Positions 16,141 to 26,680 of a stretch of 64,000 bases of DNA are shown here, in pieces. The stretch is from a virus. The stretch's first letter is position 1. The number at the start of each line of letters is the position of its first letter. Made by a program: the position numbers and the translations under genes. The notes beneath the pieces are model-generated. The model had not been told where the DNA came from and searched no databases. It saw only the letters and a program-made list of their open reading frames with translations. Where the stretch lies: the IMG/VR virus record IMGVR_UViG_3300009161_000003, positions 48,923 through 112,922 of that record, one strand, 5' to 3'.

Positions 16141-17146
16141 TCTCTACCTTTAGTTTTAATTGTTCTTGTAAGTCTAAATCTTCTCTTACTCTGTCAATAA
16201 ATGCATCTCTACCCTGAACTTTTGTGCCATCATCAAGTTGATACCAAGCACCAGTTCTATTTACCATACCCATTTGTTCTGCGGTATCAACAAGATCGCC
16301 TATCTTATCAATCCCAATATCATTACCTCTAAAATAAAAATCATACTCACCAGACTGAAAGCCAGGAGAGGTTTTAGAGAATTGTAACTCCCATCTAATT
16401 TTTCTACCAATTTTTTCTTCAATTAATTTATCTCCTATTTTAATTTTTCCTTTGATTGCTTGATTGTCTGATTCCGATGAGAATAATTTAATAACGCAAG
16501 AGGAATAAAACTTAGTAGCCTGCCCACCAGAAGGCTGCTGACTAGTATACATAGCGTTAATATTATTACGAGACTGAGAAATAAGTACAAGCATAGTCGG
16601 CTTAACTTTGTTATTAGCATAGTTAAGCATTTTCCAAGCGTTGCTAAAGTCACGTGACTCTGCTCCAATCTGTTTTGTATTTTCTAAAGCCTTCATATCG
16701 TCTGTATCTTTTTCAAAGTAAATGGCAGGAAGCATTGATGTAATACTATCAATTACAATTAAATCAACTCCAGCATTAATAAGGCCTACTCCTACATCTA
16801 CCATATCGCTAATTGTTCGTGCTTGTGAATAGATTAGTTTTTTTGGATCTACCCCAAGTTTTATAGCCCAGTCTTCTGAGTATGACATCTCTGAGTCAAT
16901 CCATGCACAAATCTTTCCTTCTGCCTGTGCCATTGCAATCATTTGCAGACACATAGAGGACTTTGCACTTGACTTGCTACCCCAGATCAAAACCTGTCTT
17001 CCATACGGTAAACCGCCACCAAGAGCCTTGTTAAGACCATAACTGGGAGTAGGCTGGTATTCAAAAGTAATTCCTTCTCCAGTACCCAAACGTTTTCTAA
17101 GTTTAGGATCTAGTAATGCTAAAACATCTTCTACGCTAACTGACAT
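16133..17146 (-). CDS. recA: RecA/UvsX-like recombinase
   Basis: LNKALGGGLPYGR, variant Walker A GSKSSAKS, WIDSE, IVIDS, SGGQATKFYSS and GAWY motifs. Confidence 0.9.
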   Translation of the reverse strand: MSVSVEDVLALLDPKLRKRLGTGEGITFEYQPTPSYGLNKALGGGLPYGRQVLIWGSKSSAKSSMCLQMIAMAQAEGKICAWIDSEMSYSEDWAIKLGVDPKKLIYSQARTISDMVDVGVGLINAGVDLIVIDSITSMLPAIYFEKDTDDMKALENTKQIGAESRDFSNAWKMLNYANNKVKPTMLVLISQSRNNINAMYTSQQPSGGQATKFYSSCVIKLFSSESDNQAIKGKIKIGDKLIEEKIGRKIRWELQFSKTSPGFQSGEYDFYFRGNDIGIDKIGDLVDTAEQMGMVNRTGAWYQLDDGTKVQGRDAFIDRVREDLDLQEQLKLKVENA

Positions 17147-20100
17147 GAACATCCTCCAAAGTTATAGTCCCATCTTTTGTTTTGCCAAAATCAAACTTAT
17201 AGGTATTGCCCTCTTTAATATGCATATAGGCTTTTGCAAAAGATGTTGGGAATACTGTTATAGAATGTAAGTCTCTTGATGAATCTGCTAAAGTTAATAA
17301 TGCCATCTTCTTTCCAGTTTTTGTTGTTCTTGGTTTAAATGATATCACAAACATCTCTTCTTCTGCAAATGGCAATTGCTTATAATTTAAAAATCTAACT
17401 AAAGCATTTGGTGAAGTTTTAATTTCATCAACTGGTGTGGCAGAAACAATCCTATTGTCAGATGCTAATAGCAGATAAGTTTTACCAATCTCAATGGTAG
17501 TGTTCTCATCATCAAATATTCCAATTGATCCCGTTTTGTCTAACACATCAACACGAGACCATCCTGTTCCTCTTTTAATTGATTTAATCATTCCCATTAA
17601 AATAAAAGATCCTTTTTCTTCAAAATCTTCTGTTGATTGAATGAATGAATGATATTGTGTTGGCACTGTCATATTAAATTCTGGCAAATTTAAATACTCA
17701 TATAAATTTTCTTTGATCTCTTGATCATTTCTTGGGTTATCAGAAAAGGTAGCAGCACCAGTAATCCTTAGTGACTGTAAGGCTCTGCTATTTACTCCGT
17801 TTCCTTTTGTAAAAGTAAATTCTTCAAGTTGTTTGTATGATGTGAATGGTCGCGCTTGGATATATCTTTCTGCAATCTTGTCAGATATATATTTAACAGA
17901 ACTAAGTCCAAATCTAATACCTTTACCCTCAATTTTAAAATCCATATCCGAATCGTTAATGTGAGGTAACTTAATGCTAATGCCCATTCTTTTCGCTTCA
18001 ATAAGATACTCAGTTCTTCCATCTTTATCCTTTTCATTTTTTAAAAGGGCAAACATAAATTCAAGTGGATAATAATACTTTAACCAAGCGGTCCAATACG
18101 AGACCGTAGAGTAAGCAACCGCATGAGACTTGTTGAACGAATACCCCGCATGTGCTTCAAAGTCATGCCATAAATCCAAAGCAGAATTAGGACTAATGTA
18201 CTTAGAAGCACCATTAACAAACTTTTCTTTAAACTGATCAAATTCTTTAGCATCTTTCTTCTTTCCAATAATTTTACGTACCTTGTCTGCTTCTGCCATT
18301 GTCATTCCACCAAGTTCAACACAGGCTTGCATAACCTGCTCTTGATACAAAACACAACCGTATGTATCTATTGTAATGGGTTTCATAACCTTATTTAAAT
18401 AATCAATATTTTGCTTGCCGTGCTTTCTTGCAATATAGTCTTTGCCAATAGTATTCATTGCTCCTGGGCGAACCAATGCGTTAGATGCTGCAAGTTCATT
18501 TAGATTCTTCACACCCATTTTAATCAAAAGGCTTGTATATGGTGCAGCCTCACACTGAAAAACTCCTTTAGTATATCCATCTGAAATCATTTCATAAACT
18601 TTAGGATCTTCTAAATCAATTTCTAATAAATTAATTTCTTTATAATGATTCTTTTTAATTTCTGCAATAGCATCTTGAATAACACTAAGAGTTTTTAATC
18701 CAAGTGCGTCAATCTTAATTAGGCCAATTCTTTCTGCTTCTTCCATATCAACACCAACCACTGGAATTCTTTCGTCAGATCCTGGAGATGATCTTGTTTC
18801 TAGTGGTGCATATCTAAAAATTGGGTTCTTGCTTGTCACAACTCCTGCAGCATGAATTCCAGTTCCACGAATACGTCCTCGCAACTGATCTCCATATACT
18901 TCTACTTCTGGATATTTTTCTCTAAACCATAATGTTGTTTTTGAATAACAAAAATCTTCCCATGTGTCAACTTGCTTTAGTGCTTTGTTTACATCTGACA
19001 AAGGAATATTTAAAACTCTAGCGACATCTCTAACTACACCTTTGCCTTTAAACTCTAAGAAAGTAGCAATAGATGCAACGTGCCTATACTGTCTAACTAA
19101 ATAATCTTTTACTTCTTCACGACGAGTATCTTGAATGTCTGTATCAATATCTGGAAAGTCATTTCTTTCTGGATTAATAAATCGAAAAAACAGCAGTCCA
19201 TATTTAATTGGATCTATGTCTGTAATTCCAAGTGCAAAGCAGACTAAAGATCCAGCAGAGGATCCACGACCTGGACCTACCATAATTCCTTCCTTCTTTG
19301 CCCAAGCAATCATGCTTTGAACAACTAAGAAATATGGTGCAAATTTTTTATTTTTAACAATTTCTAATTCTTCACGTAATCTATTAACATATTCTTCATT
19401 ATCTTGCAGACCTTTAAGTGTCAAACCTTCAAAAGCAATCTTTTCTAATTCACTATCTGGACTTTTATATTGAACTGGTAAAAGATCAAGTCCATCTTGA
19501 ATATCATAGTCTTCTACTGTGTCTGCTAGTAGGAGTGTGTTTGAGTATATGTCTGGTCTATCTATCCCCTGTTTTTCCATTGCTAATTTAATTTCATCAT
19601 ATGATAGTAAATGTATATCAAATTTATTAAAGGTAATTTGACGATCTTCTCCGTACAGGTAGTCAAGTCTTTGCATCATATTAGTTTTCTTTTTAGACTT
19701 TTCATATGTTGCTTCTTTATTAACTTTGCCGTGAGTATTCATCAATAATTTAAACTCTTGGATTTCTTTTTGTGATGTGTCTGAATGATGACAGTCTGGA
19801 GTTACAACAACCTTAATGTTAAATTCATCTGCAAGTTCAATCAAAGCCTTATTTATTTCTGGGGTATTGTGTGGCATTACCTCAATATAATAATCATTAC
19901 CAAAATTATTCTTAAACCATTTAATATTTTTCTTTGCAATAGCAAACTCATTTTCTTCTAATGCTTTTACAATAACACTACTTGGACATGCTGAAGTTAC
20001 AATAATACCTTCACGATATTTTTCAAGTATCTTAAAATCAAATCTTGGTTTCTTAAAAAACCCATCAGTCCAGGAAACTTCACTAATTTTATTTAAATTT

Positions 20101-20411
20101 TCTAAACCAATCTGATTCTTTGCTAGAAGAACAATGTGATTATAAACAAGGTCTTGTTGACCTTCTCTTTCAGACTTATCTCGTGTATCAGATATGTCTG
20201 CACACATATATCCTTCTAGCCCAAGAATTGGTTTAATGCCTTTGGATTTTGCGGTACGATAAAACTCACGATGTCCTGAAAGTGTGCCGTGATCTGTTAT
20301 TGCCAATGCTGGCATTTTAAGATCTACGGCACGACTTAGATACTCTTCTGGAGTTGCAATTCCATCGAACAGAGAATAGTGAGTGTGTACGTGTAATCCT
20401 GCGTAGTTCAT
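17136..20411 (-). CDS. dnaE: DNA polymerase III alpha subunit (family C)
   Basis: PHP motifs HVHTHYS and TDHG, then GPGRGSSAGSLV, FPDIDTD, GIHAAGVV and YSFNKSHA. Confidence 0.97.
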   Translation of the reverse strand: MNYAGLHVHTHYSLFDGIATPEEYLSRAVDLKMPALAITDHGTLSGHREFYRTAKSKGIKPILGLEGYMCADISDTRDKSEREGQQDLVYNHIVLLAKNQIGLENLNKISEVSWTDGFFKKPRFDFKILEKYREGIIVTSACPSSVIVKALEENEFAIAKKNIKWFKNNFGNDYYIEVMPHNTPEINKALIELADEFNIKVVVTPDCHHSDTSQKEIQEFKLLMNTHGKVNKEATYEKSKKKTNMMQRLDYLYGEDRQITFNKFDIHLLSYDEIKLAMEKQGIDRPDIYSNTLLLADTVEDYDIQDGLDLLPVQYKSPDSELEKIAFEGLTLKGLQDNEEYVNRLREELEIVKNKKFAPYFLVVQSMIAWAKKEGIMVGPGRGSSAGSLVCFALGITDIDPIKYGLLFFRFINPERNDFPDIDTDIQDTRREEVKDYLVRQYRHVASIATFLEFKGKGVVRDVARVLNIPLSDVNKALKQVDTWEDFCYSKTTLWFREKYPEVEVYGDQLRGRIRGTGIHAAGVVTSKNPIFRYAPLETRSSPGSDERIPVVGVDMEEAERIGLIKIDALGLKTLSVIQDAIAEIKKNHYKEINLLEIDLEDPKVYEMISDGYTKGVFQCEAAPYTSLLIKMGVKNLNELAASNALVRPGAMNTIGKDYIARKHGKQNIDYLNKVMKPITIDTYGCVLYQEQVMQACVELGGMTMAEADKVRKIIGKKKDAKEFDQFKEKFVNGASKYISPNSALDLWHDFEAHAGYSFNKSHAVAYSTVSYWTAWLKYYYPLEFMFALLKNEKDKDGRTEYLIEAKRMGISIKLPHINDSDMDFKIEGKGIRFGLSSVKYISDKIAERYIQARPFTSYKQLEEFTFTKGNGVNSRALQSLRITGAATFSDNPRNDQEIKENLYEYLNLPEFNMTVPTQYHSFIQSTEDFEEKGSFILMGMIKSIKRGTGWSRVDVLDKTGSIGIFDDENTTIEIGKTYLLLASDNRIVSATPVDEIKTSPNALVRFLNYKQLPFAEEEMFVISFKPRTTKTGKKMALLTLADSSRDLHSITVFPTSFAKAYMHIKEGNTYKFDFGKTKDGTITLEDVHVS

Positions 20412-20412
20412 A

Positions 20413-21069
20413 CTACCAATCTGTGTTGGTTGATGAAGTAGTTGATGGTGAGTCAAAGCCTAGATAAAAGGCTTCTTGCTCTGCATAAGGAACTTTGCGA
20501 AGTGCAAGTTCAATTTGGAATGGCTCGATTCCAGACCAATCAAATGGTTCTTTATCTGGTGCTGCTGGAATCATTGTGTAATTTGTTTCAGTACCCTGAC
20601 CATTACGCTTCATTTTCCAAACAACGTTTGAAATGCTACCAGTCTCAAGTGCATATTCACGAATTGTATTAAAAGATGATTGCTTGCTGATTCCCATAGA
20701 CCAAATGGCTACATATGGTTTTTCAATTCCATCATCTACTAGTACGTTACAGTAAAAGCGAAGACGACCACGCCATCCAGCCTTTGGGTCTTTACGGTGC
20801 ATTTCTTCTGCCCAGTCACGACCTTCTGTGTCCATAGTGTCTACTGCTTTGCGCTTGTAATCTTTTGGATTTACGTGTTCTTTGACAACTAGAGAGAGTC
20901 CACGAGATGCACTATAATTTGCAGAGTCTTCGTCTAGTTCTTCAATAAAGCGAATCTTTACTGATTGTCCATCAGCAAGTTTAAGCCATCTTACCTTTGG
21001 TGAGTTTTCATCGTATTTTGGTTTGTCGAGCAGGGCGTTGATGTTTTTTAATCCCTTTACTACGCTCAT
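20413..21069 (-). CDS. Single-stranded DNA-binding protein (gp32-like)
   Basis: Located next to the polymerase; WLKL.DG..VKIRF and R.G.GT.T.Y motifs; acidic tail ending in W. Confidence 0.7.
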   Translation of the reverse strand: MSVVKGLKNINALLDKPKYDENSPKVRWLKLADGQSVKIRFIEELDEDSANYSASRGLSLVVKEHVNPKDYKRKAVDTMDTEGRDWAEEMHRKDPKAGWRGRLRFYCNVLVDDGIEKPYVAIWSMGISKQSSFNTIREYALETGSISNVVWKMKRNGQGTETNYTMIPAAPDKEPFDWSGIEPFQIELALRKVPYAEQEAFYLGFDSPSTTSSTNTDW

Positions 21070-21083
21070 ATCTTTCTCCTTTT

Positions 21084-22547
21084 TTATATTGTTATTTTAA
21101 AATCATCATACTGCTCTGCAGCACTATTGATTTTTTCTACTATTTTATTATACTCTTCCAATTCATTTTTGTCAAATGAATCTTTAGAAACTTTAAAACT
21201 ATTTCCAGCATATAAAGATATCCAACTGTACAATAGCCAAGAAGGTGGTTGCATCAAATAAGAAAAATTCTGTTTGTTTGTTTCCATATCATTAATAAAT
21301 CTTTTTATATTATAATGTTCATATTCTGGCATTGGATGTTTTAGTAAAAATTCTGACCAAAAATTGGTATTAGTTTTGTTTGTAACATAATGCATATATA
21401 GATAGGTTGTTATTGATTGTGCCATTCGTTCATTTAAATCATTAAAATAATCTATTTCCATATCAGCAATAGTATTATTAATATATTTATAGAAATAATT
21501 ATCTAAAAATAAATATAATGCATTAATCATTCCTGATATTGCAGTAGCCTCCATTGGTTCAAAGAATGATGTAGAAAGTCCTATACCTAAACAATTATTT
21601 ATTAATATTTTTTTTGCATAACCTGGAGTAAAGTTAAAAGTTTTTATAATTTCTAAATCTTTTCCAAAAAACTTATAGGCTTCTTTTATTGCATCATCTT
21701 CACTAATATAATTATTATCATAAACATATCCACAACCATATCTATTTTGTAGTGGAACTTTCCATGCCCAACCATAATTCATTGCAATTGCTTGTGTATA
21801 TGGAACTTCTTTGCCATCTAAAGGAAGTTTGCAGGCAATTGCTGATGTTGCTGGAAGAAATTTAGATGTGTCAATCCACTCAACGTTATAAGTATTATCT
21901 AAAAATAATCTAGAAAATCCAGATGCATCAATTAAAAAATCTAGACTAATGCTTGTTTCATTATCTAATGATAATTCTACAATATCACCATTATTATTTG
22001 TTTTAGTATCAACAACAATGGCATCAATAATTTCTATATTTTTTTTAACTACCTCATTTTCTAAAAAATCTCCAAGCAGTTTTGCATCTAAATGCAATGA
22101 GTATTCTTTTTTACTATTAATTGAATGAACTTTATTTTTATAAGATATCTGTGCATTTAAATTAATAGAATCTAAATTTCCATGTTCTTGCATTGCCATA
22201 TGACAAAGTTTAAAAATATTAATATTATCATAAAAAGGACGATCTTCAAAAAAATTATTAAACCCATGAAACCATGATTGGTTTTCATTGTTCCATCCAG
22301 AAAAAACAACACCATTTTTGATAGTTGCATTTGTATATTTAATTATATCTTCAACATCAAGTTTTAAATCTTTACAAATTTTATGTATGCTTGTTGTTAA
22401 CCCTTCGCCAGGTCCAAGAACTCCTATTTGTTTACTTCGCACCATTGTTATTTTTAACTTTGGATACCTTTTGTTTAACAAAAGTGCACTTAAACAACCA
22501 GCAGTTCCTCCACCAACAACAACAACATTTTTAATATCTCTGATCAT
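21084..22547 (-). CDS. Flavin-dependent (tryptophan) halogenase family protein
   Basis: VVGGGTAG, G.GEG, ATIKNG (catalytic Lys position), HLDA, IDASGF, WAWKVPLQNR.G.GY and FFEPMEAT motifs; start refined to 22547. Confidence 0.88.
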   Translation of the reverse strand: MIRDIKNVVVVGGGTAGCLSALLLNKRYPKLKITMVRSKQIGVLGPGEGLTTSIHKICKDLKLDVEDIIKYTNATIKNGVVFSGWNNENQSWFHGFNNFFEDRPFYDNINIFKLCHMAMQEHGNLDSINLNAQISYKNKVHSINSKKEYSLHLDAKLLGDFLENEVVKKNIEIIDAIVVDTKTNNNGDIVELSLDNETSISLDFLIDASGFSRLFLDNTYNVEWIDTSKFLPATSAIACKLPLDGKEVPYTQAIAMNYGWAWKVPLQNRYGCGYVYDNNYISEDDAIKEAYKFFGKDLEIIKTFNFTPGYAKKILINNCLGIGLSTSFFEPMEATAISGMINALYLFLDNYFYKYINNTIADMEIDYFNDLNERMAQSITTYLYMHYVTNKTNTNFWSEFLLKHPMPEYEHYNIKRFINDMETNKQNFSYLMQPPSWLLYSWISLYAGNSFKVSKDSFDKNELEEYNKIVEKINSAAEQYDDFKITI

Positions 22548-23055
22548 AACCAACTTTATTGATCTGTTCTGCAGAAGGAATCCATGTTTCAGAATTTTCT
22601 TGAACACCATGACCTTCAACAATTCTATTAAAGAAATTAAAAGCAGAGCAAACTGCAACAGCATCTTTAACTTGTTCTTGTGTAAATCCAGCCTCATAGC
22701 ATTCATCATATAATTTCTTAGTCATACTTGCTGGATGCTTGGTTAACTGTTCTACTAAATTAAAAATTGTCGTCAATCTATTTGGAGTTGATTGAATCCC
22801 ACCATCTAAAATCTCAATCTCAGCATTTATTGATTCTGCAAAAACACGGTGCGATCCATAACAAAACCTACATCCATTTAGATATGATGTATATGCTGCA
22901 ATAATTTCTCTATCTTGTGGAGACAATGATGAAGCCTCTCGCAAGACTTCTTGTGCAAATGAAAGCATCATCATATATTTTTTTTGATTTTCCATAAAGA
23001 CATCAACGATTGTTGAATTTTCTTTAATTGAATCAAACACATTTTTTACGCTCAC
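22531..23055 (-). CDS. AhpD/carboxymuconolactone decarboxylase family peroxidase-related protein
   Basis: RE.IA..TS.LNGCRFC..SH and C-terminal FN.FNR motifs. Confidence 0.85.
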   Translation of the reverse strand: MSVKNVFDSIKENSTIVDVFMENQKKYMMMLSFAQEVLREASSLSPQDREIIAAYTSYLNGCRFCYGSHRVFAESINAEIEILDGGIQSTPNRLTTIFNLVEQLTKHPASMTKKLYDECYEAGFTQEQVKDAVAVCSAFNFFNRIVEGHGVQENSETWIPSAEQINKVGYDQRY

Positions 23056-23057
23056 AA

Positions 23058-24002
23058 CTACCTCAACATTTCTAATATAGAGTTATCAATCGAACTACTT
23101 AACTTAATTATATCAGAATCTTGCATATCTCCAATATCTTTATACTTGGTGTCTAACTGTATTATTGATACCCTCGATTTTAATTTATCAATCATTTTTT
23201 TAGACATTGATTTTCCAGCCTCATCATTATCTGCTATTAGATAGATCTCATTGAAATATTTTTCTAACAACTCTACTTGGCTTTTTGAAATTGTTGCTCC
23301 AAGCGTAGCCACTGCTGGCATACCTACTTGATCTAATCTTATAGCATCAAAAGATGACTCTACAACATAGACTCTATCATTTGCTTTTACCCTATGCAGA
23401 TTAAACAAAGTTTTGCTTTTTGGAAGTCCTGGAGTATTCTTAAAATCTTTTCCTTCAACACTTCTACCCACAAAACCAATTACCATTCCTTCTGGGGAGT
23501 GAACTGGAATTGTAACCATATCCTGCTTCTCTGAATAACCTAGATTAAACTTATTAACTGATGACTTAGTTACTAGTCTGCCATCAAAATATCTCATTGC
23601 TCTTGGTGATTCAAGTGCTTGTGAGTTCAGTCTCTTAATAATAACTTCATCATATTGAACAAATACAGGTGGGGTATATAGTTGTTTTGCTACTATTTGA
23701 GTAATATCAGACTCTTGTTCTTTGCTTTTTATATACCGCAAACTTTCAAAATATGATCTGTTGCTCATCTTCATTACTAATTCTTGTAGGTTAGCAACTT
23801 GTTGGCATCCAAAACAAAAAAACAATCCACTTTCCTTTGATACTTCTCCAGCAGGAGTTCTGTTGTTATTATGATATGGACAGAAAATTATGTAGTCAGA
23901 ATCTACTTCTGATTGTATTGTGATTCCAGAACCGATGAGAACTCTTTTAATTTGATCTTCTGTGTATATATCGGATTGTACCCGTCTGCCGCGATCATCC
24001 AT
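23058..24002 (-). CDS. DNA primase (zinc finger plus TOPRIM)
   Basis: CPYH...CFGC, GFVGR, VVES.FDA and ADNDEAG motifs. Confidence 0.92.
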   Translation of the reverse strand: MDDRGRRVQSDIYTEDQIKRVLIGSGITIQSEVDSDYIIFCPYHNNNRTPAGEVSKESGLFFCFGCQQVANLQELVMKMSNRSYFESLRYIKSKEQESDITQIVAKQLYTPPVFVQYDEVIIKRLNSQALESPRAMRYFDGRLVTKSSVNKFNLGYSEKQDMVTIPVHSPEGMVIGFVGRSVEGKDFKNTPGLPKSKTLFNLHRVKANDRVYVVESSFDAIRLDQVGMPAVATLGATISKSQVELLEKYFNEIYLIADNDEAGKSMSKKMIDKLKSRVSIIQLDTKYKDIGDMQDSDIIKLSSSIDNSILEMLR

Positions 24003-24244
24003 TCAATATTCTTTTTCCCTACGTAGATTCCATATACCGTTAATTTAAATTCAAACCAGTCTTTGCTTTCATTATAGTATACCGTAAAGTCTGGCTCTAT
24101 GTCAATTCTTGGAACATAGGCACATTCTTTCATTTGTACTATTAATAATCTAATATACTCTTCTTTTAGCCTGTATATGTTTGACTCATCTTTGATGTTG
24201 CCATCTAGTTTAAAACACTTTATAGGCTTATGATGAATAGACAC
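23903..24244 (-). CDS. Hypothetical protein
   Basis: 113-aa ORF between helicase and primase, overlapping the primase 5' end. Confidence 0.6.
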   Translation of the reverse strand: MSIHHKPIKCFKLDGNIKDESNIYRLKEEYIRLLIVQMKECAYVPRIDIEPDFTVYYNESKDWFEFKLTVYGIYVGKKNIEWMIAADGYNPIYTQKIKLKEFSSVLESQYNQK

Positions 24245-24250
24245 ATCTTA

Positions 24251-25477
24251 TTATAACTGCTTATCTTCATAATCCTTGTAACGATAGTAACCTTTGTCAA
24301 AATCTACCTGTACTAAGAACTCACCCATAAAGCCATTTCTATTTTTTCTGAAGGCACATTCAATAATATCGCTGTTAGATGCTCTGCCAAGAGCAATTAC
24401 CCAGTCTGCATCATAGGCAATCTGTCTTGACCAAGCAGTTTGTCCAAGTGTTGGAACACTGCTAAGATCATTTACATCATCTGGAGTTGCAGAAGATATT
24501 GCAATAATAGGAACTTCTTCTCCAATAGCCATTAATTTTAGTTCACGGGAAAGGTTTTTCATTCTTACTGTCTCATTGTCTGATTTTTGGTTTGGACTCA
24601 TTAACTGTAAGTAGTCAACAATAACAAAATCTGGACGGTATTGATCTATTTTTCCACGTAGAACTGATGGACTTATCTCTCCACCCTGATCATTTGAAAT
24701 GATATGAAATGGATTCTTTCCAGTAACCTTATCTTTGTGCCAAGTTTTAAACATTTCTGGTTCAATGTGGCCCTGACTAATTTTTCTATGTGACCAAAGG
24801 CCTTCACCCATAATTGTAAATACACGGTTTCTAACTTCAGTCTCGGACATTTCAAGGCTAATTACTAATGGGGTTTTGCCTTGCTTCCATGCTTGTACCG
24901 CAAAATAAAGAGCAAGCCACGACTTGCCAATGCCTGGATAGGCTAAAAAAACTCCCAGTTGGCCTGGAGCGATACCACTTGGAAGATAGTTATCAAATCC
25001 TGGCAATCCAGTTTTAATCCCTGTAATCCCAGCCTCTTCCATTTTACGCAAATGATCAAAGTAGGCAGCAGCGGATTCAAAGTCAGTAGCATCAATATCT
25101 CTAACGGAGGATGTATTCTTTTTAAGTTCTGAGGTTTGAGTAATTAGAGAATCTAGGGCAACTACTGAATTGCCACTTTGTACTTCTCCTGCTGCAGATC
25201 TTAGGATTGTTTTAAGACTATCGTTTAAATAGTCACCCTGTAATTCTGAAAGGTGATGCTTCGTTGCTCCAATATCATCGACTACTTCAAAATCTCTAAA
25301 CTTTTCAATTACTAAAGATAGTGGTGGAACGGAACTGTTTGCCTCAAAGTATTTTCTAATGAATGTCCATACATCTAAATGTGTTCGTAGAAGTCCGTCA
25401 ACATTTGCTTGTAATAAAACATGAATCTGTTTATCTTTTAATACTGCATTTAATACTTTTGATTCAATGCTAGCCAT
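24251..25477 (-). CDS. dnaB: DnaB-like replicative helicase
   Basis: AYPGIGKS, SLEM, VDYLQLM, YDAD and KNRNG motifs. Confidence 0.93.
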   Translation of the reverse strand: MASIESKVLNAVLKDKQIHVLLQANVDGLLRTHLDVWTFIRKYFEANSSVPPLSLVIEKFRDFEVVDDIGATKHHLSELQGDYLNDSLKTILRSAAGEVQSGNSVVALDSLITQTSELKKNTSSVRDIDATDFESAAAYFDHLRKMEEAGITGIKTGLPGFDNYLPSGIAPGQLGVFLAYPGIGKSWLALYFAVQAWKQGKTPLVISLEMSETEVRNRVFTIMGEGLWSHRKISQGHIEPEMFKTWHKDKVTGKNPFHIISNDQGGEISPSVLRGKIDQYRPDFVIVDYLQLMSPNQKSDNETVRMKNLSRELKLMAIGEEVPIIAISSATPDDVNDLSSVPTLGQTAWSRQIAYDADWVIALGRASNSDIIECAFRKNRNGFMGEFLVQVDFDKGYYRYKDYEDKQL

Positions 25478-25778
25478 TGAGCCACTCCTTTGCCATCAAT
25501 CTTCTCTCTGCACGTTCTTTATCATCTTGATCTTTATCTTTTTTAGCCTTAATAATTTTTTCTGCCTGGTATGCAAAAGTATTCCAAGATGGACTCTCAG
25601 TAACCTTAAAATAGTATTCTAAAATATCGTAACATCCTTCAATTCCATACGACTGAATAAGAGCATCTGCTGCCCATTGTTCAACGTTAAGATTCATTGA
25701 TGGCTTTACATCATATCTTTCTTTGTGGTATTTGCTATACCTTGAAAGCAAAGCCATTCGGTCTTTGCGCTCTGGCAT
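25470..25778 (-). CDS. Hypothetical protein (possible helicase loader or initiator)
   Basis: Coupled directly upstream of the helicase; function inferred from position only. Confidence 0.55.
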   Translation of the reverse strand: MPERKDRMALLSRYSKYHKERYDVKPSMNLNVEQWAADALIQSYGIEGCYDILEYYFKVTESPSWNTFAYQAEKIIKAKKDKDQDDKERAERRLMAKEWLNG

Positions 25779-25984
25779 TACTCAGAGATTTCTGCTTTGG
25801 CTTCGTTAATTTTGTCAGTTAACTTATCTTCAACAAACTTGTAAACACGTTCCATTGCTTCGTTAGTTGTCTCTCCATCTTTCTTAGAGTCAACAACTCC
25901 AAGATCAAGTCTTAATGATTGGAAGTTTCCAAGATTAAGTGTGTAGCCTAAAGTTACAGAAACCTTAGTGTTATCGTTTTCCAT
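25778..25984 (-). CDS. Conserved small phage protein
   Basis: V.VTLGYTLNLGNFQSLRLD motif. Confidence 0.7.
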   Translation of the reverse strand: MENDNTKVSVTLGYTLNLGNFQSLRLDLGVVDSKKDGETTNEAMERVYKFVEDKLTDKINEAKAEISE

Positions 25985-26003
25985 TTTACATCCATTCAGT
26001 TAG

Positions 26004-26546
26004 TTAGATACTCTCCGACCATATCGGAATAAAACGTCCATCTTCAGTTCTCGTATATGTAAGTATACCATCGCCCATTCTCCTAGTCAACTCTTGTTTA
26101 GTGGGAGTCATGTTGTTTGTTACAAGGCCATCTTTTCTTGGTTGACCAATATGAATTGATGCCAATATGTCCCTTATTTCCCTTATGTGACTTTCTGAAT
26201 AATAACATCTTATTTGCCAGCCACGCTTTCCACCTATGCTAGATCCTATTGGTGCTGGAATTGTTCCACGTTTAATAAGAGTAGGAATATATTTCTTATG
26301 TCTGTTAATAAGTATAGCAGTTTCTCCAATAGTATATGCCTTTTCTCTTTTCTTTTTAAATTCCGCAATAAAACAAGTTTCAATTCTATCTTTATTTATA
26401 TTATAAAGCGCAACAATTCCGTCTGATCTGTTTCTGTGATGCACTTTGACTAAATCATTATTTAAAAACCAAATAGTTTTATTACCTGAAACTATAGCGG
26501 ACTGATTGTAGTTTTGGCCCTCAATATTTCCTGTTGTAGAATCCAT
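26004..26546 (-). CDS. DNA-binding protein with MerR/excisionase-like HTH
   Basis: YTIGETA.LINRH...I...IKRG.IP.P...R.YYSE..I motif. Confidence 0.6.
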   Translation of the reverse strand: MDSTTGNIEGQNYNQSAIVSGNKTIWFLNNDLVKVHHRNRSDGIVALYNINKDRIETCFIAEFKKKREKAYTIGETAILINRHKKYIPTLIKRGTIPAPIGSSIGGKRGWQIRCYYSESHIREIRDILASIHIGQPRKDGLVTNNMTPTKQELTRRMGDGILTYTRTEDGRFIPIWSESI

Positions 26547-26680
26547 GATCCCTCTTTGCTGCTGTCTGGTGGATGGTAAAATTTTCTTTTACCACAAATT
26601 ACACAATAAACTTCAATATGTTCTTTGGTGCTGTACTGTCTGTCAACAAAAACAATACCACCGCATCTTGAACATTTCAC
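26492..26680 (-). CDS. Small zinc-ribbon protein
   Basis: CSRC...CVICG. Confidence 0.7.
   Translation of the reverse strand: MKCSRCGGIVFVDRQYSTKEHIEVYCVICGKRKFYHPPDSSKEGSWILQQEILRAKTTISPL

Noticed and set aside
22548-22709. N-terminal extension of the halogenase in the ORF track
   Set aside because: It overlaps the AhpD-like gene; the Rossmann motif begins right after the ATG at 22547.
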